This document shows, in pieces, positions 60,827 through 64,000 of a stretch of 64,000 bases of DNA (position 1 is the stretch's first letter; each line of letters starts with the position of its first letter). A program made the position numbers and the translations under genes. Source of the stretch: Ranitomeya imitator. Its lineage: Eukaryota. The notes beneath the pieces are model-generated. The model was given only the letters and a program-made list of their open reading frames with translations. It was not told where the DNA came from and searched no databases. Location of the stretch: contig NC_091289.1 in assembly GCF_032444005.1 (NCBI RefSeq), positions 205,034,001 to 205,098,000 on the forward strand, written 5' to 3'.

Positions 60827-62701
60827 GCATCCCATCTCAATTCCAGTCAATTTTGCATTGAAAAGTAAAATGGCGCTCCTTCCCTTCTGAGCTCTGCCAT
60901 ACGCCCAAACAATGGTTTACACCCATATATGGGGTATCAGCGTACTCAGGACAAATTGGACAACAATTTTTGAGGTCCAATTTCTTCTCTTACTCTTGAG
61001 AAAATAAAAAATTGGGGGCAAAAAGATCATTTTTGTGAAAAAAATATGATTTTTTATTTTTACGGCTCTGCATTATAAACTTCTGTGAAGCACTTGGTGG
61101 GTCAAAGTGGTCACCACACATCTAAATAAGTTCCTTAGGGTGTCTACTTTCCAAAATGGTGTCACTTGTGGGGGGTTTCAATGTTTAGGCACATGAGGGG
61201 CTCTCCAAACGCAACATGGCGTCCCATCTCAATTCCTGTCAATTTTGCATTGAAAAGTCAAATGGTGCTCCTTCCCTTCCGAGCTCTGCCATACGCCCAA
61301 ACAGTGGTTTACCCCCACTTATGGGGTATCGGCGTACTCAGGACAGATTGTACAACAACTTTTGGCATCCATTTTCTCCTGTTACCCTTGGTAAAATAAA
61401 ACAAATTGGAGCTGAAATAAATTTTGTGTGAAAAAAAGTTAAATATTCATTTTTATTTAAACATTCCAAAAATTCCTGTGAAACCCCTGAAGGGTTAATA
61501 AACTTCTTGAATGTGGTTTTGAGCACCTTGAGGGGTGCAGTTTTTAGAATGGTGTCACACTTGGGTATTTTCTATCATATAGACCCCTCAAAATGACTTC
61601 AAATGTGATGTGGTCCCTAAAAAAAAATGGTGTTGTAAAAATGAGAAATTGGTGGTCAACTTTTAACCCTTATAACTCCCTAACAAAAAAAAATTTTGGT
61701 TCCAAAATTGTGCTGATGTAAAGTAGACATGTGGGAAATGTTACTTATTAAGTATTTTGCGTGACATATCTCTGTAATTTAAGGGCAAAAAAATTTAAAG
61801 TTGGAAAATTGCGAAATTTTCGCCAAATTTCCATTTTTTTCACAAATAAACGCAAGTTATATCGAATAAATTTTACCACTACCATGAAGTACAATATGTC
61901 ACGAGAAAACAATGTCAGAATCGCCAAGATCCGTTAAAGCATTTCAGAGTTATAACCTCATAAAGGGACAGTGGTCAGAATTGTAAAAATTGGCCCGGTC
62001 ATTAACGTGCAAACCACGCTTGGGGGTAAAGGGGTTAATAAACTTGCAAAAATTACTATATTTCTGGGTTTTTTTTCAGTCAAGATAGGGTGCAGAGTGT
62101 ACATTAATGAGAAAAAATTAACTTTTTTGAATTTACCCAATGACTGCAATGACACAAAGAGTGAAAAATGTAAAGGGATATGAATACTTTCCGCACCCAC
62201 TGTACATTCCATTGCGACTGAACCAATTTTGATTGAAAAAAATGCATCACCATCTAAAGACCCTCAGTCTTTTCCAGTGACAAAGGAATACCAAAAGCTA
62301 CCGCTACCTTCCCTAATGTAATCAACAAATTAGAACAAACAGCTGACTCCATCAGGCCAACACAAAGGAAATCATCTAAATAATGAATTATGGGGGAAAT
62401 TCCTGCCTCATCATCCACTACACTTTCAACAAAAGAACTAAATGCCTCAAAATAAGAACAAGAAATTGAACAAACCATTGGTAAAACAACAATCAACATA
62501 AAACTCACCATCCCACATACAACCCAACAAGTGAAAACTGTTGGGATGCACTGGAAGCCAATGAGATGCTACCTCCATGCCAGATTGTGCCATCATAGCC
62601 CCATTCCCATTTAACCTAACCAATTCCACTGCCTTATTGAATGACACATATGAAACTGAAGACAGTGCCAGATGAATGCCATCATTCACTGACTCCCCCG
62701 C

Positions 62702-62911
62702 TGTCATGAACTGGGGGTGTTTGGTTGCCCCGAGTTCTTCATCAGGGATTTATTTATATCCCACTTCCCGGTTGTGGTTTGGAACTTGCAGCTCTCTGGC
62801 GCCCCATTACCCTCGGGTGAGTCAGGGAACTGCACCTAGGATAATTAGTCACCAGAAAGGCTGCCTGCTATGTACTGGCTATTGGGCACGAAGCAGTGAG
62901 GGCGATATAAC
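62702..62911 (-). mobile_element. Gmr1-family LTR fragment inserted in the Ngaro RT
   Basis: Starts TGTCATGAAC and contains the LTR core; interrupted at 62912. Confidence 0.8.
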
Positions 62912-64000
62912 TAGGGTTGAGCGAAACGGATCGGTCAATTTCATAAGTCGCCGACTTTCGGCAAAGTCGGGTTTCGTGAAACCCGAGCCGATCCCAGTGT
63001 GGGATCGGCCATGCGGTTGGCGATCTTCGCGCCAAAGTCGCGTTTCGTATGACGCGTTCAGCGCCATTTCTCATCTCATGAAGGTGGACGCAGAGTGTGG
63101 GCAGCGTGATGATATAAGTCTCGGTCCCCACCATCTTAGAGAAGGGCATGACAGTGATTGGCTTGCTGTCTGCGGGGTCACAGGGGCTATAAAGGGGCGT
63201 GCACGCCGACCGCCATCTTCTGCCGATCGTAGCATAGGGAGTGGTTGCCGCAGCTTCATCAGAAGAAGGGATATAGTTAGGGAGGGAAGATTAACCTCCA
63301 AACTGCTTGTGCTGTAGCGATTTCCACTGTCCAGCACCACCTTTTCTTTGCAGGGACAGTGGAGTTTATATTTTTGTGCATCAGCTCTGTAGCTTATTAG
63401 GCTGCCCTAGAAGGCTCCCTGATAGCTGCATTGCTGTTTGTACGCCGCTGTGCAAACCAACTGCTTTTCTCAAAGCAAAAATCCTGTTGCTCCTTCTTTT
63501 CTGCACAGTTCTCGTTTCTTTGTCCACACTTTTGTGTGCAGCAGTCCTTTTTATTGCTGCCATACTTGTCCTTTGATCATTGTAGGGAGATTGAAATTGT
63601 ACTACAGCCCTTGTATTTTTTGATATATCTGTCAGCCACTTTCTGCCACTCAAGCTGTGTACTGTTATACATTGGGCCTGATTTTTCCCAGCAGTCTCAC
63701 ACACCTATAAAGGGAGATTTAAACTCACCACAAGTTTACGTACACCTTCTAACTGGTTTTACAGTACCTTATATCGTTTGTTAGTTTGGTTACATTTTTC
63801 CAAGAAAGAGGAAGTCTGGTGGAAGAGGTCGTGGCCGTGGGTGGTCGTTGCCAGCTGGTAATGATGGTAGTGGTGGTGGAGCATCAGGTGGTCGTGGGAA
63901 AAGCAATATAGCACCTAAGTCTCAAGTTGTTCAGCCACCGTCATCGTCTGACTACACAAGGCCTCGAACGCTCCCTTTTCTGGGAGTAGGAAAACCGCTT
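62912..64000 (+). mobile_element. 5' part of a large TIR DNA transposon (probably hAT-like), possibly with the start of its ORF near 63800
   Basis: TAGGGTTGAGCGAAAC terminus; a Gly/Arg-rich reading frame (GRGRGGR...GASGGRGKSNIAPK) runs off the window. Confidence 0.5.

Larger units (their letters stand above)
54884..62034. mobile_element. piggyBac-like non-autonomous element with internal ~385-bp tandem repeats
   Basis: TTAA-CCCCTT...AAGGGG-TTAA ends; no transposase visible. Confidence 0.75.

Overview
Vertebrate genomic DNA. It is most likely an anuran frog or toad; this is inferred from the mix of CR1, L1, L2, V-SINE, Penelope, Ngaro/DIRS, Gmr1-like and chromoviral Gypsy, Tc1, Harbinger, hAT and piggyBac-like repeats, plus TTAGGG-type repeats. 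The window is almost entirely transposable elements nested up to 4-5 levels deep, and no host protein-coding gene can be supported. Main contents: two decayed Gmr1-like LTR retrotransposons (integrase upstream of RT, SCAN-like gag); a near-intact chromoviral Gypsy element (19102-24777); a young rearranged CR1 insertion with an uninterrupted 900-aa ORF2; two Tc1 elements; a Ngaro/DIRS remnant; several MITEs; and three minisatellites. The most notable observations are: (1) a decayed OTU-type cysteine protease/deubiquitinase reading frame, split by a CR1 insertion and bracketed by palindromic inverted repeats; (2) four hammerhead-ribozyme-like Penelope-type insertions, one a 1.47-kb near-perfect palindrome with a 14-bp TSD; (3) a Tf1/sushi-type self-priming signature and consistent 6-bp TSDs in the chromoviral family. 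All calls come from motif recognition by eye, without database searches.
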